Assembly (NCBI GenBank): GCA_004764695.1
Contig: SMSO01000014.1
Coordinates: 3,095,648-3,159,647, forward strand
Length of the DNA: 64,000 nucleotides
Source: Schizochytrium sp. TIO01
Taxonomy: Eukaryota; Protista; Bigyra: Labyrinthulomycetes
Reading direction: 5' to 3'
The notes beneath the pieces were generated by a model. The model saw only the letters and a program-made list of their open reading frames with translations, had not been told where the DNA came from and searched no databases. Shown one piece after another: positions 10,978 to 23,174 of this stretch. Position numbers and translations under genes: made by a program. How positions within the stretch are numbered: the first letter of the stretch is position 1; every line of letters begins with the position of its first letter.

Positions 10978-13900
10978 TATTTGCGTCAGGCCAATTAAAA
11001 GAGATCTGCAATTACGGTTGTGGAAATCTTGCTTTAACAACGACACAAACTCTTTTCATTCAAAGAAGAAGCCTGCCTCTTCCTAGGCGAGAGCAGAAAT
11101 AGTTGAGTGACTATTGCTCCGTGCCAACTGTATGATTAGGATTTGCTTGACTCAATCTCAACGCTGTGACTAGCTTTTCAGGGCTCAGTTTCTGATCTCC
11201 CTGTATAATCTTGTTTTGCAATGAACACAAACTATTTGCTACTGCAAGTTTCTTGCTTACCCGTAAGATGTCCGCTCTTTATGCCTGCGGAGGTGTCGTT
11301 CCAACTATAAGCGCACGAGTGTTTTTTTATTTTTTTATTTTTTATTTTTTAAAAGTTTTCTGGAGGAAACTGACATACACCGAAGAGTATTTTTAATATC
11401 AAATTGCACCCTCTATCTGATTTTCTCTGTGCAGCACGTGTCCTGGAGAACTTGCTCCTCGCCCGCAAGGGCGTTATTTACTTGAGTGATCTTTGGTACC
11501 CAGGCTTTTAGCATTTCTTTCTCTAAGTATTTTGAAGACTAACTACAATAAGAAGTAGCATTTCCTGATCAGGGGAGTATAGCCGCTATTATCCTGTGTT
11601 AATAAACTTTGTCATTCTCTTTCCCGTATCCTAGCTTGAAGCTGAGTTGGTTGAATTTCACTGACCTCCCACAAATATCAGTAGAGCGCCTGTCCAGTTG
11701 AATGGCTCGCCTAGCACATGCTCTTTGAGCGGAGGTTGCGCAATATTCATGAAATTCCTTTTTTAAACCTTTTCTTAAAAATAAAATAAAATAGAGTAGT
11801 CTTTCCTTTCATTATCATCTATCATCGTTGTAAATGGGAAAGAAAAGTGTTCACAGTCGTCTCTCCCGCGAGTCCAGAGAGCACAATTGCGACTTGGGCA
11901 GTACGACGCAGGTCCTTCGTAGAAAAAGGGCTCCAACTTAATAAACTACAGCATGTATAGAGTTGACTTTTTGATTCAACTATAAACCTTAGCTTATATT
12001 TTTAACAATTAAAAGTTGAATAAAAACCCACGTCTTAATTTCGTTCGTGCATACATGCATGCGCGCATGCATGCATTCTGCGTGGAGAAAGTACATAAAA
12101 ACATTCGATTGCAATCGAATTCGCACACTGCACATTGCAGAACCTGCATCGCAACTCAAAGTGAGTAGCATAAACATTTGTCCTGCGATAAGAAAGGCAG
12201 TATTTATGCATTAGGCGCTGAGTTTTCACTTAGAATTTAACCTCCTTACTTTATTTATGTAAAATCATATCAATAAAATGCAACACGTCAAAACCTATTA
12301 TTATTTGCTATATGAAGCGTCGAGAACTTCTACCTACTATGAATTTAGCCTTTGAAAATCCAGAGTTTTGACGGATATCTTGGTTGTTCTCGTTGAGAAA
12401 GTTTTCCATGTCGGAGGGCCTGGATTAGAGAGGTTCAGCTTTTTCATGAATAAAATTACATTCTCACTGTCAGATAAAGGATAGAGGTTTGGGAGCATGC
12501 GCGTATAGAGAAGCCGGGGCAAACTTCTCAGACACCAACTGCAAAGGCCAAAGTGCATTGATTGCGGCATTTATTTGACACAACACAAGAGCATCGAAAA
12601 TCAGCGATCAAAATAAACTACCTCGGAGATGTTAATTCCTCTTTTTTCTTTACGTTCCTTTACATTTTTTATTTTTAAAAAAATCTAAAACGTAATACCG
12701 GTAAGAGGTCTTATCGTTTTACCTATATGTTGAGAACTGTGTCGCACATCGTACAGTTGTGCATGTTAACTATTGTGCACATGAAACATGCTCTTTGTGG
12801 ACAAAACTTTGACTCCACCCACACTCGCTCTTTACCTGATTGAGCTCAAAGCAAATGTGCAGTTTTGCAATAACAAGGTTCACAGAGACCCAGATAAGTA
12901 CTAGCTCGATGGTTAGTCATATTAGGTAGATGGGGGATATTGGAATGGGTCTTCATAGTTGCAGCACGGGCAGTTTTTAGTCACGCCGGGTTCTTCCGTT
13001 TAAATATAATAGTTTCCACTACTCCATCCTTGAAGACACAAACTTGGGTTTCTTCAAAGGAGCAATGTGCTGTGGAATTTAAATTTTCGCATACAGCAAA
13101 AGAAGAGGCGGCTGCGGCACCGATCTTAAAGCACCAGTCGGCGGATGACATCTTTGGACGAAAATACGATGTACCTCATATATGAGCTCTAGTACTAAAT
13201 GAATAAGGACCAGGGTGTTATTTTCTTCAAGAAAACCAAAGGAACTAAATTGATGTTGCTTCAAAACTCAGATCAAATAAGATCGACTGTAGTACCTATC
13301 TCATTAAGTGTGCATCAATGCTTGGCAGAGGGGGATTATATCTTTGGATCGAATCCATAAACGCAAACTCTAGCACGTCAGCAGTTCTAGGTGGCTGTCA
13401 GGGATGTGTGTGCGAGTTCGCTAACTTACTCTTTCCTCCTTTGTTATTTCGTCAATTGACGCTCTATAGTATGTGTAACGCAATGCAATAGAGCAATTGC
13501 ACGACCATTTGATGTTGAAAGTCAGCCCAGAGTTCCACTAGAGACCAAACTTGCGCATAATTTAGTGAGGTAAACTTATCAGCTATACGGGAGAAAAGCA
13601 GCGGTGTGTTGCTATTCTAAATCACCATTTAACATACAATGCCGCTACTCTCAGAGACAATTCCTTCAAATCTTTAGGGTTGGGTAGAATTCAAGCCAAA
13701 ACAGTCACGATAACATGGCGTGCCGCTGCTAATCGTAACAAAGTCTTCCTACCGCGCTTGGGATTTATTCCTACGTGGGCGATGGCAGAAACTAGTATGT
13801 GCCTACTCCACAAACTATTGCAAATTGAGAGAGTATTGCTCTACGCTACATTTGGTGTGGAAGTCTATAGGGCTTCATCGTGTTCGTGTTTCTAAGGCGC

Positions 13901-14627
13901 TTTCACTGGTTCTGCAGTACTTGTACGTGCAAAAGAGAAGTCTTCATAGTCTCAGTGCTCCCTTAAACTATGCTATACATACATATACCTGTATTATCTT
14001 TGCCTTGGCCGACCTCATCCTCTGAGGTCTGAGAAAGAGAGTTCTTTCAGGAAAACCTTGAAGCCTACCTCCCTGTAATTGAAGCCCAAGATTCCTTCTT
14101 TCTCAATGTCTAACGAACAAAAGAAGACAGCGCAGAATTTGCCTAAACAGGCTTATAAGTCGAGTCCTCATACATACCTACTATACGAGAAAGAAACTGG
14201 GGAAGATGGGAAATATCATTGACACAAAGAGAAGGAAAGAGTGAAGAAGAGAGTGAATCGAAATCCAAGTCTACAATCAATCCCACCATCGACACCCACG
14301 AGACCCCTGGAGCGCCATTTGAGACAATTGAGCTTGTCTTCAAGTTTGCAGCGTCGCTCGGTGAAGCTGAGCGTCAGCAGCGGGGCTTGTGCCGTGGTGA
14401 GATCTCTGCTTCATCGTACTCGTTAACTTAATATCTACATTCTGGATCGGGTTGACTCCCCAAGAAGAACAAGAGAGCTTTCTTCGCCTTCCTTACCGTG
14501 AAAAGGACCTTCTTGGTCGGATTCGTGAGCTCAACCTTTCTAATTTGGCGTGTTGTAGTTAGCGTTGGTTATATCTCGATTGTGGAAAGGTTGGGGTTTC
14601 CTCGACAAATATTGATTGCGAGTAAAG

Positions 14628-16730
14628 ATGACCCAGAATGAGCTGGAGAATGGCTCTAATCTTAATCATAGCGAAGGAAGAATACCTTCTGCAAATGGAA
14701 ATAGTGATCACTATGGGGGAGGTGAGGAATATGAGAACCCTCGCGTGGTGATCATTGAAGAAGAAGTGGTGAATGACGATGCTTCGAGTAGTACTGCCAC
14801 GCCAACAGAATTCGATCCTCGCTCTGCACTAAGTTACAAAGGTGATCTAATGTACTCACTAGCGTTTCACCGCACCACTCCGAAAGCAGCAATTTACCTT
14901 GTCTCGATGTTCATGATTCTTGCTCACCTCATGTTTGCATACGGGCAAGCTTTCCCGATGTGGCGACTCTATTACAAGGTAGACATGAACATGACTTTGC
15001 ATGCATCGTCTCTTGAAAGCAAAGCTCTATTTACCCAGCTAGGCATTAGCAATCCTACGCATATTCAAATGCATGAAGACCATAATGTAGATACATTCAC
15101 CTATGGTTTCGCAATTGAACAGCTGTGGAAAGCTCACAACTTGGGTTCCAAAGTTGGTCCGCGCATTGCCGCGCTTTTGCTCGTTCTATTTTCGGGTGTA
15201 TGGCCCCATTTGAAACTGGTACTTCTACATGTATACTGGCTTGTGCCACACAGCGAGCTGGTGCGGTCTTCTGCGTTATACTGGTTGAGTACGTTCGGTA
15301 AGTGGTCTCTGGCCGATGTCTTTGTTGTATGCGTTATGATTGGGGTTTTGAACATCGACATGGAGCTTGATCCTGCCGCTATCCTTGTTGGCCTGGAGCA
15401 TGAAGTCCCAGAAGTTATCACTCTTGCCCGTAAGGCTGTGACCGAAACCCAGTTTGAAAAGATGGTCTGCGAGGATTTACTGAAACTCAAGTGCACGCAC
15501 TGGTATGATCTTCGCTGCTCCGCTTGCCGACGTACAGCAGATCTTCTTTATTCAAACCCTTCAGCGGTTGAGACAATTGGTGTCCAGGCTCTTAAAGGTA
15601 TCAAATCTGAAGGCGGCGGTCGAATGGAGCTGCGCATTGCAGGTCTTGATGGTACCTATGTGTTTTGCTTTGCTGTGATCATATCTTTGCTTCTCAGTTT
15701 TTTCATTGATGCTCTGGACCACCGGGCCAAGGCAAAGAATGCTAAATCTCGTCGTGGAAGTCCTCCTTTGGGTGCTCTCGGTGTCACAGGCTCTCCCTCC
15801 TATTTACTTGGTAATGATAGGCTTGCGGAGCAAGCTATTAGTCAGTTGGAGAATCGCTCGGATGGTGCCCCCCGAGGATACACTCTTCAGGGTGACATGC
15901 TTCCTCCCATTCCAAAGTACGGACCTGGGCCTGTTTTGCTTATTCGCCGTGTCTCTCGTCGTGTGTGGAGCATGCGCCAATATATCTGGCTTACGTTAGG
16001 TGCGTTTGTGGCTGTGGGTGTAGTCATAACAGGTATTTTCGTGCAAAGTATGGAGCGTGAGGTTCTCGGAAGCCTTCCGGCTGTCGCAAATAAGATCATT
16101 GGCGTAGAGTGGTACCGAACCTACTCTTTATGGACTTTGACAGAGGTTACAGGCGCCTCGGGTGGCGCTGATTTTTTGCTTATGGGAACGTTTGGTTTCT
16201 TCTGTGTCTTCGGCCCAATTTTACGAGCCCTTGTTACGGTGATACACTTAACCGTACCCGGGTCCAAGAAGCAGCATAGCCGCTTGATGACTGTCATTAA
16301 CTTTTTGGGTAGCTTCTGTGCCTGGGAGGTATTTCTCGTAGCCCTTTTTCTAGTAGATGTGGAAATGCCTCCGATCACAAGTACCATCATTAATTCAGAT
16401 GATACGAAGTGGTGCGATATTCTCCACGAGGCTGGATTCGACCCAGCTTGCTTTCAGGTAGAATTTAATATTCTCAAAACTTTCTTGCTAGTTGTTATTG
16501 GCGGCACATTACTTATGTTCGTCACAAGTCTCGCAGTTAAGCTTAGTTTTAAGGGTCTAGACCCTTACATGGATGGTGATTTAGGCGGCCCGTATTGTTG
16601 TGAGTGCTGCCCACCTCTGTTTATTGATTTCCATCGCGATCTCCGTTCAGAGGATGATGCCCTTGAGGAGCGTTCTGAAGAGGCGCCGTTGTTGCTTGAC
16701 GACCATGGCCAGCATTCGGTAACATCTTGA
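14628..16730 (+). CDS. Polytopic membrane protein with two PqiA (paraquat-inducible protein A)/LetA-like domains
   Basis: Repeat 1: FTYGFAIEQLW...LLLVLFSGVWPHLKL...WLSTFGKWSLADVFVVCVMI, matching the PqiA WSMxDVF signature. Degenerate repeat 2: FFCVFGPILRAL...INFLGSFCAWEVFLVALFL. About 8 hydrophobic segments; ATG at 14628. Confidence 0.8.
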   Translation: MTQNELENGSNLNHSEGRIPSANGNSDHYGGGEEYENPRVVIIEEEVVNDDASSSTATPTEFDPRSALSYKGDLMYSLAFHRTTPKAAIYLVSMFMILAHLMFAYGQAFPMWRLYYKVDMNMTLHASSLESKALFTQLGISNPTHIQMHEDHNVDTFTYGFAIEQLWKAHNLGSKVGPRIAALLLVLFSGVWPHLKLVLLHVYWLVPHSELVRSSALYWLSTFGKWSLADVFVVCVMIGVLNIDMELDPAAILVGLEHEVPEVITLARKAVTETQFEKMVCEDLLKLKCTHWYDLRCSACRRTADLLYSNPSAVETIGVQALKGIKSEGGGRMELRIAGLDGTYVFCFAVIISLLLSFFIDALDHRAKAKNAKSRRGSPPLGALGVTGSPSYLLGNDRLAEQAISQLENRSDGAPRGYTLQGDMLPPIPKYGPGPVLLIRRVSRRVWSMRQYIWLTLGAFVAVGVVITGIFVQSMEREVLGSLPAVANKIIGVEWYRTYSLWTLTEVTGASGGADFLLMGTFGFFCVFGPILRALVTVIHLTVPGSKKQHSRLMTVINFLGSFCAWEVFLVALFLVDVEMPPITSTIINSDDTKWCDILHEAGFDPACFQVEFNILKTFLLVVIGGTLLMFVTSLAVKLSFKGLDPYMDGDLGGPYCCECCPPLFIDFHRDLRSEDDALEERSEEAPLLLDDHGQHSVTS

Positions 16731-17312
16731 TCCGTACAATAGAGTAAAGGATGTGATGTTAGATTTAGTGAAAACATATCTATATTCTTTTCACTTGTAA
16801 TCAGTCAATATCGCAGTGCATATTCATCACTTGTTACTCGGTATACTATATCTGAATATAAAGTCAATGATATGTTTCGTATTTATATTATTTCAAAATC
16901 CCACGATTTCATGAATATTTGTCTACTGGAAAACAGTTTAAGTTGTGCACACATGCAACCAAATTAAGTTAAGACATCCTAGCGACCCAGGTTATCTTGC
17001 TTAAAGTAGTAAGAGTAGAGAATTGTGGAGGTGCCAAGAAACAATGGCTGTGAAAAAAGAAAAAAAGCTCAAGTTTATAAAAGTTTCTATCAGAAGTACT
17101 CACGTTGATTGTGTATAGTTTCGGAGGAGACCTCCATTTGGTTTTGTATCTTGTTGCTCTCTGCTAGACAGAGTGCAAACGAGATGGACTTCAGGTAGGG
17201 TGGATTGCAATGTTACACAACATGATGCTTTCGCCCGTAGTAGTAGTTACTGTACCGCTCATGCGGTGTTCTGTATGAGTGGTCAGTGGTCAGAGGACTT
17301 GCGTTGGCAAAT

Positions 17313-19291
17313 TTAAGCCTCGTAGCGCTTGATATATGTGGTAGGTACAACACCCTCCTGGCCGTTAAGCTCACAACGCCACCAGCCATCATCAATCTTC
17401 TCGAGAACCTTGAGGACATCATTCTTCTTAAATGCTAAGTCACCAGGGTCAACTGGGTTGAAGGAGAAGGTGGCGATGTAAAGTTCGCATCCATCTGGAG
17501 ACATGGCAGGTTGCGGGCTACGCCTGCCACTAGCGGGTTCTTGCGGCGTCACAAGGGAGGGTGCAGACATTGGTGAGGGGCCCTCATCAAGCTGTGGAGC
17601 AGAAGGTTCAGGTGAGTTGGCAAAGTACTCTGCAGACCCATTGCCTTCCCGTGGCGAGGGTCCAAAGTTGGAGGAGACGCTCTGGCGATCAGATTCCTGG
17701 CCATTGGCTACTACGCCCTCCTGGAATGTTGACACCAAAACCAGTATCAGTGTCCGTCGCCGTTGATGAAGATGAAAGCTGACCAGCAGAAGAGTACGAA
17801 GCACCCTTCTTAGCTGGGTTACCAGCGTACTGGTTATGGGAATGGTGGTCATATCCGCCAGTCGAAGGCGAGGACTGAGCACCAGGGGAGGCGTAGTATT
17901 GTTTCTGCTCAGTTTCCGAGCCGTAGCCACCAGGGGAGTGGACCTGCATGGTATTATCCGTGTTGGGAAGAGTGCCGTACGAACTGAGGTTAGGGTCGTA
18001 GGACTCACGCGAGGGCAAGCTCTGGCTTGTCATATTGTCATACTCAGGGTGAGCAACCATCATACCCTTTCCGCGATGTCTGGTTGCCCACTTTTCTTGG
18101 ATACGGGAGAAAATCATCTTCTTTGGAGGTTGCTTGTTCATGGCCTCACCAGACTGAATGAGGTCCTGAATGCGCTCACGGGGCTCGTCGGTGTCACCCA
18201 GAGTGGTTGCCTTTTCTACAATATCAACGAGCTGGTGTGTCATAAACGAGTGCATCTCAAGCTGGCTAGCGACAAAGGTTGCAAGGATAGGTTCAAGCAT
18301 TTTCTTGCGGTTGGCAAGGAATGCTGTAAGGTCCTCGGTAAGACCAAGGTGCACTTGACGGTAGGTGTGATTAGCGGCTTCGAGTTTGCCTGTGAACTTG
18401 AGAAGGGCGGGGTCATGACCTTCACGACCCTTGTCAGTCAATGTGCGAACACGACGGCGGTAAGATTCGACGTCAGTGCGCATACCCGCATCCTGCGTAA
18501 TGAGGCGTTTTCGCTTAGGGAATTCTTCATGAAGGATCCTTTCGAGTTCCTCAATAGCTTTGTTTTGGAGCACATGCATTGCTGAAGGCTGGATTCTACT
18601 GTGCATGGTGTAGAAGCTATCAGCAACGCGAAGGGCGTCAAAGGCGGCATTTTCTTCGCCGTGTTCATCAACAATGCCAGTAAAAGGACCGTTGGCATCG
18701 GTCTCGCCAGAGGAGCTGTTAAAGTGGTGTTGCATGATCTCGGACTGCTGTTTGGTGGTATCCACAAAGGGAATAGCAAAGTAGGTGGCCAGAGCAGCAT
18801 GCACGGCACCGGAGCGTTCAGTTGCCTTGCGGGAGTCCTTAAGCTTCCTCAAGATGTTAATTAGCTGTTGCTCAAGGGACATGAATTCATGCACGAGTGA
18901 CTCAAAGGCGCCATCATACAGGGTGCTTTCTGTCTTGCCGGAGGTGACCAGCAATTTTTGCACCTGCGTACATAAATCGATTCCACATAGTTGATCATTG
19001 AGATAAATAATGTTAGTTTCTTTGCTTCTCGCCCACACGCATTGGCCATTTCTACTCTGCCTGCCTGCCATCCATGAAATATCTTCATGCACTCATGCTT
19101 GCGCTCTATTAAAAATACACTTAAAATCTATAGCATGGTTTCCCAAGTTCTCTGGACTCCAATGAAAAAAAATCCATGCAACCTTTGCATGCATGGACGC
19201 ATCAATCATGGCCAGCCTCTCATGGCTTAAGTTTTCGAAATACTCTATCTTCACGTACCGATCGGCGCTTCATAACCTTGAGGGACTTCAT
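17313..19291 (-). CDS. N-BAR + SH3 protein (amphiphysin/endophilin/Rvs167-like); one intron plus an apparent +1 frameshift
   Basis: Exon 1 19291-19259 (MKSLKVMKRRS); intron GTACGT...ACTAAC...CAG 19258-18964; exon 2 from 18963 encodes a helical BAR-like domain and ends at TGA 17689-17691. The SH3 domain (YIATFSFNPVDPGDLAFKKNDVLKVLEKIDDGWWRCELNGQEGVVPTTYI) lies in the +1 frame ending at 17313. Confidence 0.8.
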
Positions 19292-19584
19292 GGTGGTATT
19301 CAGGCTCGAGTCCCTAAAAGCTCCTCAAGTTTTTTGACAATTGACTGCGCTGCGTCAATCTCGTCGATATGTATCAAGTTCTACGCTCAACTGACTTCTC
19401 TCGTCTCCAAAGTAGGTCGCAGGTCGAGCAGCTCTTGCTCGCCTGGTCGCGTGTTTGTCTTCGGACGAGCCTGCGTGCGTGCGTGTGTGCGATCGGGCGT
19501 GCGTCAGTCAACCAAGGACCGGCGGGCGCCTGGACAGGTTTGGGTTTTGCAGAGGGCTCTTCAGACTTTGACTTTGGTTTTCTG

Positions 19585-19630
19585 TTTCTTTCTTTCTTTC
19601 TTTCTTTCTTCCTTCTTTCCTTCCTTTCTT
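19585..19630. repeat. (TTTC)n-type pyrimidine microsatellite
   Basis: tttctttctttctttctttctttcttccttctttccttcctttctt. Confidence 0.9.
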
Positions 19631-20748
19631 CTCTCCTCTTCTTCTCTTTGTAAGTTATGGTTCTCGTTACTTTCTTCCCATAGAAGGAAAGAAAGAAAGA
19701 AGAGAGAGGAAAAAGAAAAAGAGTGAAACAGGAAAAGTAACTTCTTCTTGATTGATGTCAATTGCTGATTGCCCAAAGCAGGAGAACAACAAGCATCCAT
19801 AAGCTTGACGCCGCCCTGCTTGCCTGCGTCGGGCCAAGCTGAGCCTCTTCTCAGAAATAGAGTTCGCTTTGGTGGAGGTGCTGAGGTTCTTATCGTTTCA
19901 TGGCAGAGAGTTAGCTCGCTTGAAGGCTGCACGGGAGCGAGGCAAGCAATGGGACTGTGTTCGATGTCTTCGAGGAAGACATAAGCATTAATTTTAAAAC
20001 AATAAAACCAACTATTTATATTTTATTTAGCAAAATAAAATATAATAAAATGAAGTAAAACAGAAACAAACAAACAAACAAAAAAGAAGAGAAGAATGAA
20101 GACCTGCGACAAGGATGTCCAAGTAATCGCATTGCAGACGCGGTTTAAAGCCGTCGCGTGAGTATGGTGCGAGGTAATTTAAGTTCCATGGCCCTCGCTC
20201 AAATGAACGAGCGAATTCATGGAAATCAACTTCAATTAAAGTAAGTGCTTTTCGGTTTTGGGTTTTTGTTTAATCTGAAATCTTTAGTTTTATTTTTAAT
20301 GAAACAAAATAATTTAAAGTAAAAGTAAAATAAATAAATACATATTTCTATGTACCTTTATATGTAAGGAAAAGCACGTGGAGGATCGGATGCGAAAGAG
20401 GCGGGCTGAGGACGTGGCGCTCCAAACGAGCTGTTTCATGGCACCGTTAACAGGTGCTTCCGAGCAGCGCAGAAACAGTCGGCCCTATCGAAGGCCTCTC
20501 GGCCGCATTGCGCTGTTAAGTTCTCGAGCGAGTGCCATCCATCCACCAATGGCAGCTTGGACAAGAGCAGGAATGAAGGTCTGTCTCCTAATAAGCTTAG
20601 CCAGGCCTCGATTTATTTATGTAATGCGCTCTTACCGTGAAAGAACTCGGAATGAAAGGAGGACAGAGAGGAGAAAGAATCGATTAAGTGGATTCTGGTT
20701 TCAAGTTGACTGAGTCCTTTTTTTGGTTCTATAAGAACGAAAGAATAT

Positions 20749-20993
20749 ATGAATGAAAGCAGGAAAGAATGAAAGAATGAATGAATGAATGCATGAATGA
20801 ATGAATGAAAGAAAGAATGAATGAATGAAGAATGAATGAATGAATGAATGAATGAATGAAAGAATGAATGAAAGAATGAATGAAAGAATGAATGAATGAA
20901 TGAATGAAAGAATGAAAGAAAGAATGAATGAAAGAAAGAATGAATGAAAGAATGAATGAATGAATGAATGAATGAAAGAATGAATGAATGATG
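20749..20993. repeat. Compound (GAAT)n/(GAAA)n microsatellite, about 245 bp
   Basis: Continuous gaatgaatgaaagaatgaat... array; it produces the spurious SFIH-repeat ORFs. Confidence 0.97.
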
Positions 20994-22219
20994 ACCTCGT
21001 GGCGCTTCTTTGCATATCTGCCTGTGGCACAGCTAATCGTCGATCCCGGAGAGGATTTCCTTCGGGCTCTAAGCACCGCTCGTGCGCGAGGCGTCGAAAG
21101 CTGCGGCGCCGGAGGGTTTCAGGTCGCTGGGGGCGAGTTTCTGGAGGAGGTTTCGCGCCTCAGGTGGTTTCGGAGGCGGCTTCGACGAGGTCGCCTTTAA
21201 AGCGAATTCGCCTCTCATTGCAGAATACGAGTGAATGTAATGTGCTATGAAATCCTTCAGAACACGAGATAAGCAATTCTGGCGCACAACAGCACAACTA
21301 TTTCGCTCAAGGAGAGAGACCAAACTCGAAGGAAGGCATACGTTCGCCACCTCCTTCAGTGCCTCCATCAGGTCATACGTCGTGAAGGCCCCTGCTTCGA
21401 CTTCCTCGAAACCCTTCAATCGTTGACGATGATTCACATCTCATCAGCAGAGAAGAAGCGCTGTTTATTATGAGGCTTTGGGCTGAGCTGAAGCCAGCGA
21501 GGCTCGAAGACAGTCAGTCATAGGTACTATGGTAGCACGCACGCACGTACAAACACACGCACGCACGAACTCAATCATAGATACGTATCGCCGTACATAT
21601 CACTCATGCGGCACTCACTCGCGCATTCGCCCTGGATTGGGCTCGCTTTAGACTGCGTTGCCCCAGAATGTTGCTTTGCTTGGCTGGCTACAGGCTGGAG
21701 CAGAAGCTGGACTCGGCGAGAAACCATTGTTTCCAAGGTTGATGGTGGGAAGGTTTCTTTTTGATTGTTTCTAACATAAAAAACGATCACGATTTTTGTT
21801 ATCTTTTTATATATACTTTTTTTATATTAGTTAAAAATAAAATAAAAAATAATGATTGATCAAACATGTAAATAATAATGATAACAATAGCGCGAATAAT
21901 ATAAGAGAGAGAAGAGAGATGAAGAAAGACAGGAGAACAGATAAAAGGGCAAACTAAGAATGGGTCATGAATGATTGAGATGGCGGTTCTCCACTCAAAG
22001 AAGGGAATCAAGAAGAGCGAAACACACGATCGCGAGAACCATCATCGTCCGAGTCGAAGAGATCTGAGGTAGGTGCTATTTTATTTCGAGGCGATTGTTT
22101 GCCTGTGGCATCCTTCATTTGCCTGACGTTTGATTCACCGCAGGCTCGAATTTGCATTCCTCACCGAATGCATGAACCAAATGGATTGTGAACGAATGTT
22201 GAGCAAGCAGTTTGGACGA

Positions 22220-22296
22220 ATTCATTCATTCATTCATTCATTCATTCATTCATTTATTCATTCATTCATACATTCATTCGATCGATCGATCGATCG
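22220..22296. repeat. (ATTC)n microsatellite followed by (GATC)n
   Basis: attcattcattcattc...cattcattcgatcgatcgatcgatcga. Confidence 0.95.
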
Positions 22297-23116
22297 ACGT
22301 GCTCTGAAGCAAGCCAATTCGCAATTCACAGACGAACTTACTCTCACTCAATGGCTGACTGACCAACCAACTTCATGACCTGAAAGGGAGTCGCCGCGTG
22401 CCGATGGAATGTGGGTTTATGGAGAGCACGGGGTGGCAAAGCGAGGGCTCATTCACGGACCGCTGGGGCATGGGCTTGAAGGTTTCATGCAGCCAAGGTT
22501 TCGTTATTTTCCACTCACTCTCACTCTCACATATTCATTGCCGCATCTCTGATAGTCGAAGAAAGTTGGTTTCTTTTGGTGAGAACACTTTCACATTCTC
22601 AGCCTCCTTAAAGACCCATTCAGAGGGAAGGTTTTCGTTTGTCTTTAGCTAAAAGGGCGCAAACGAGAGCTTGGAAGAGCTTAGTCAGGGATGCGTGCAA
22701 GAATATAGCGCAGGCTCGGCTTGGTTTGGTGGAAACCCCCGTTTAAGCCGGCCTCGAAGTCGGAGGGCGTGCCATCGATAACATCGAATAAGGCACGAGG
22801 TTTGCATACATGTAGTACCTGCATTTTGGTTTCATAAAGATTTATTTACGATGGTTGATTAATATGTAATGATGAGGAAAAAAGAAAGAGAAAAAGCCGC
22901 AAAGCCAATGGTCCTTTTGCCATGCGCCAGTTTCGTTTGTCTCGGCTTGGCTCCCGTCTATAAAAAAAAATAAAAAGGGAGTTCAAGCCTCGGGGAAAGC
23001 GAGGCACGATTGCCATTTCGAACTTCCGCACGCACTCATATTATCTTCGCGGGAGATAATATCAACGCGATGGAGGGTTTCTCACGAGTGCGCTAAAGTT
23101 TGAAGTGAAGGCCTTC

Positions 23117-23174
23117 CTTGAAAGAGAATTGAAAACACTTACTTGAAAGAGAATTAAAAATACTTACTTGAAAG
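23117..23174. repeat. 25-bp tandem duplication (about 2.3 copies)
   Basis: cttgaaagagaattgaaaacactta / cttgaaagagaattaaaaatactta / cttgaaag. Confidence 0.9.

Noticed and set aside
17689-17691. TGA as selenocysteine or readthrough codon in the BAR gene
   Set aside because: Same-frame readthrough meets another stop within about 30 codons and does not reach the SH3 domain.
17714-18009. Possible intron from GTGAGT (~18008) to an AG near 17714-17721 that would fix the BAR/SH3 frameshift
   Set aside because: Phase does not match the best acceptor (TTCCAG), no CTAAC lies at the usual distance, and the interval reads like coding linker; not fully excluded without RNA-seq.
18964-19092. N-terminus MHEDISWMAG... 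of the 467-aa ORF
   Set aside because: Lies inside the intron (branch ACTAAC at 19012-19017, acceptor at 18964); the better start is the ATG at 19291.
20701-21076. ORFs with SFIHSFIH repeats
   Set aside because: Translations of the (GAAT)n microsatellite.
23117-23174. Repeats containing TTGAAAG, reminiscent of CRISPR repeat ends
   Set aside because: Copies are directly adjacent with no unique spacers, only ~2.3 copies, eukaryotic context and no cas genes.
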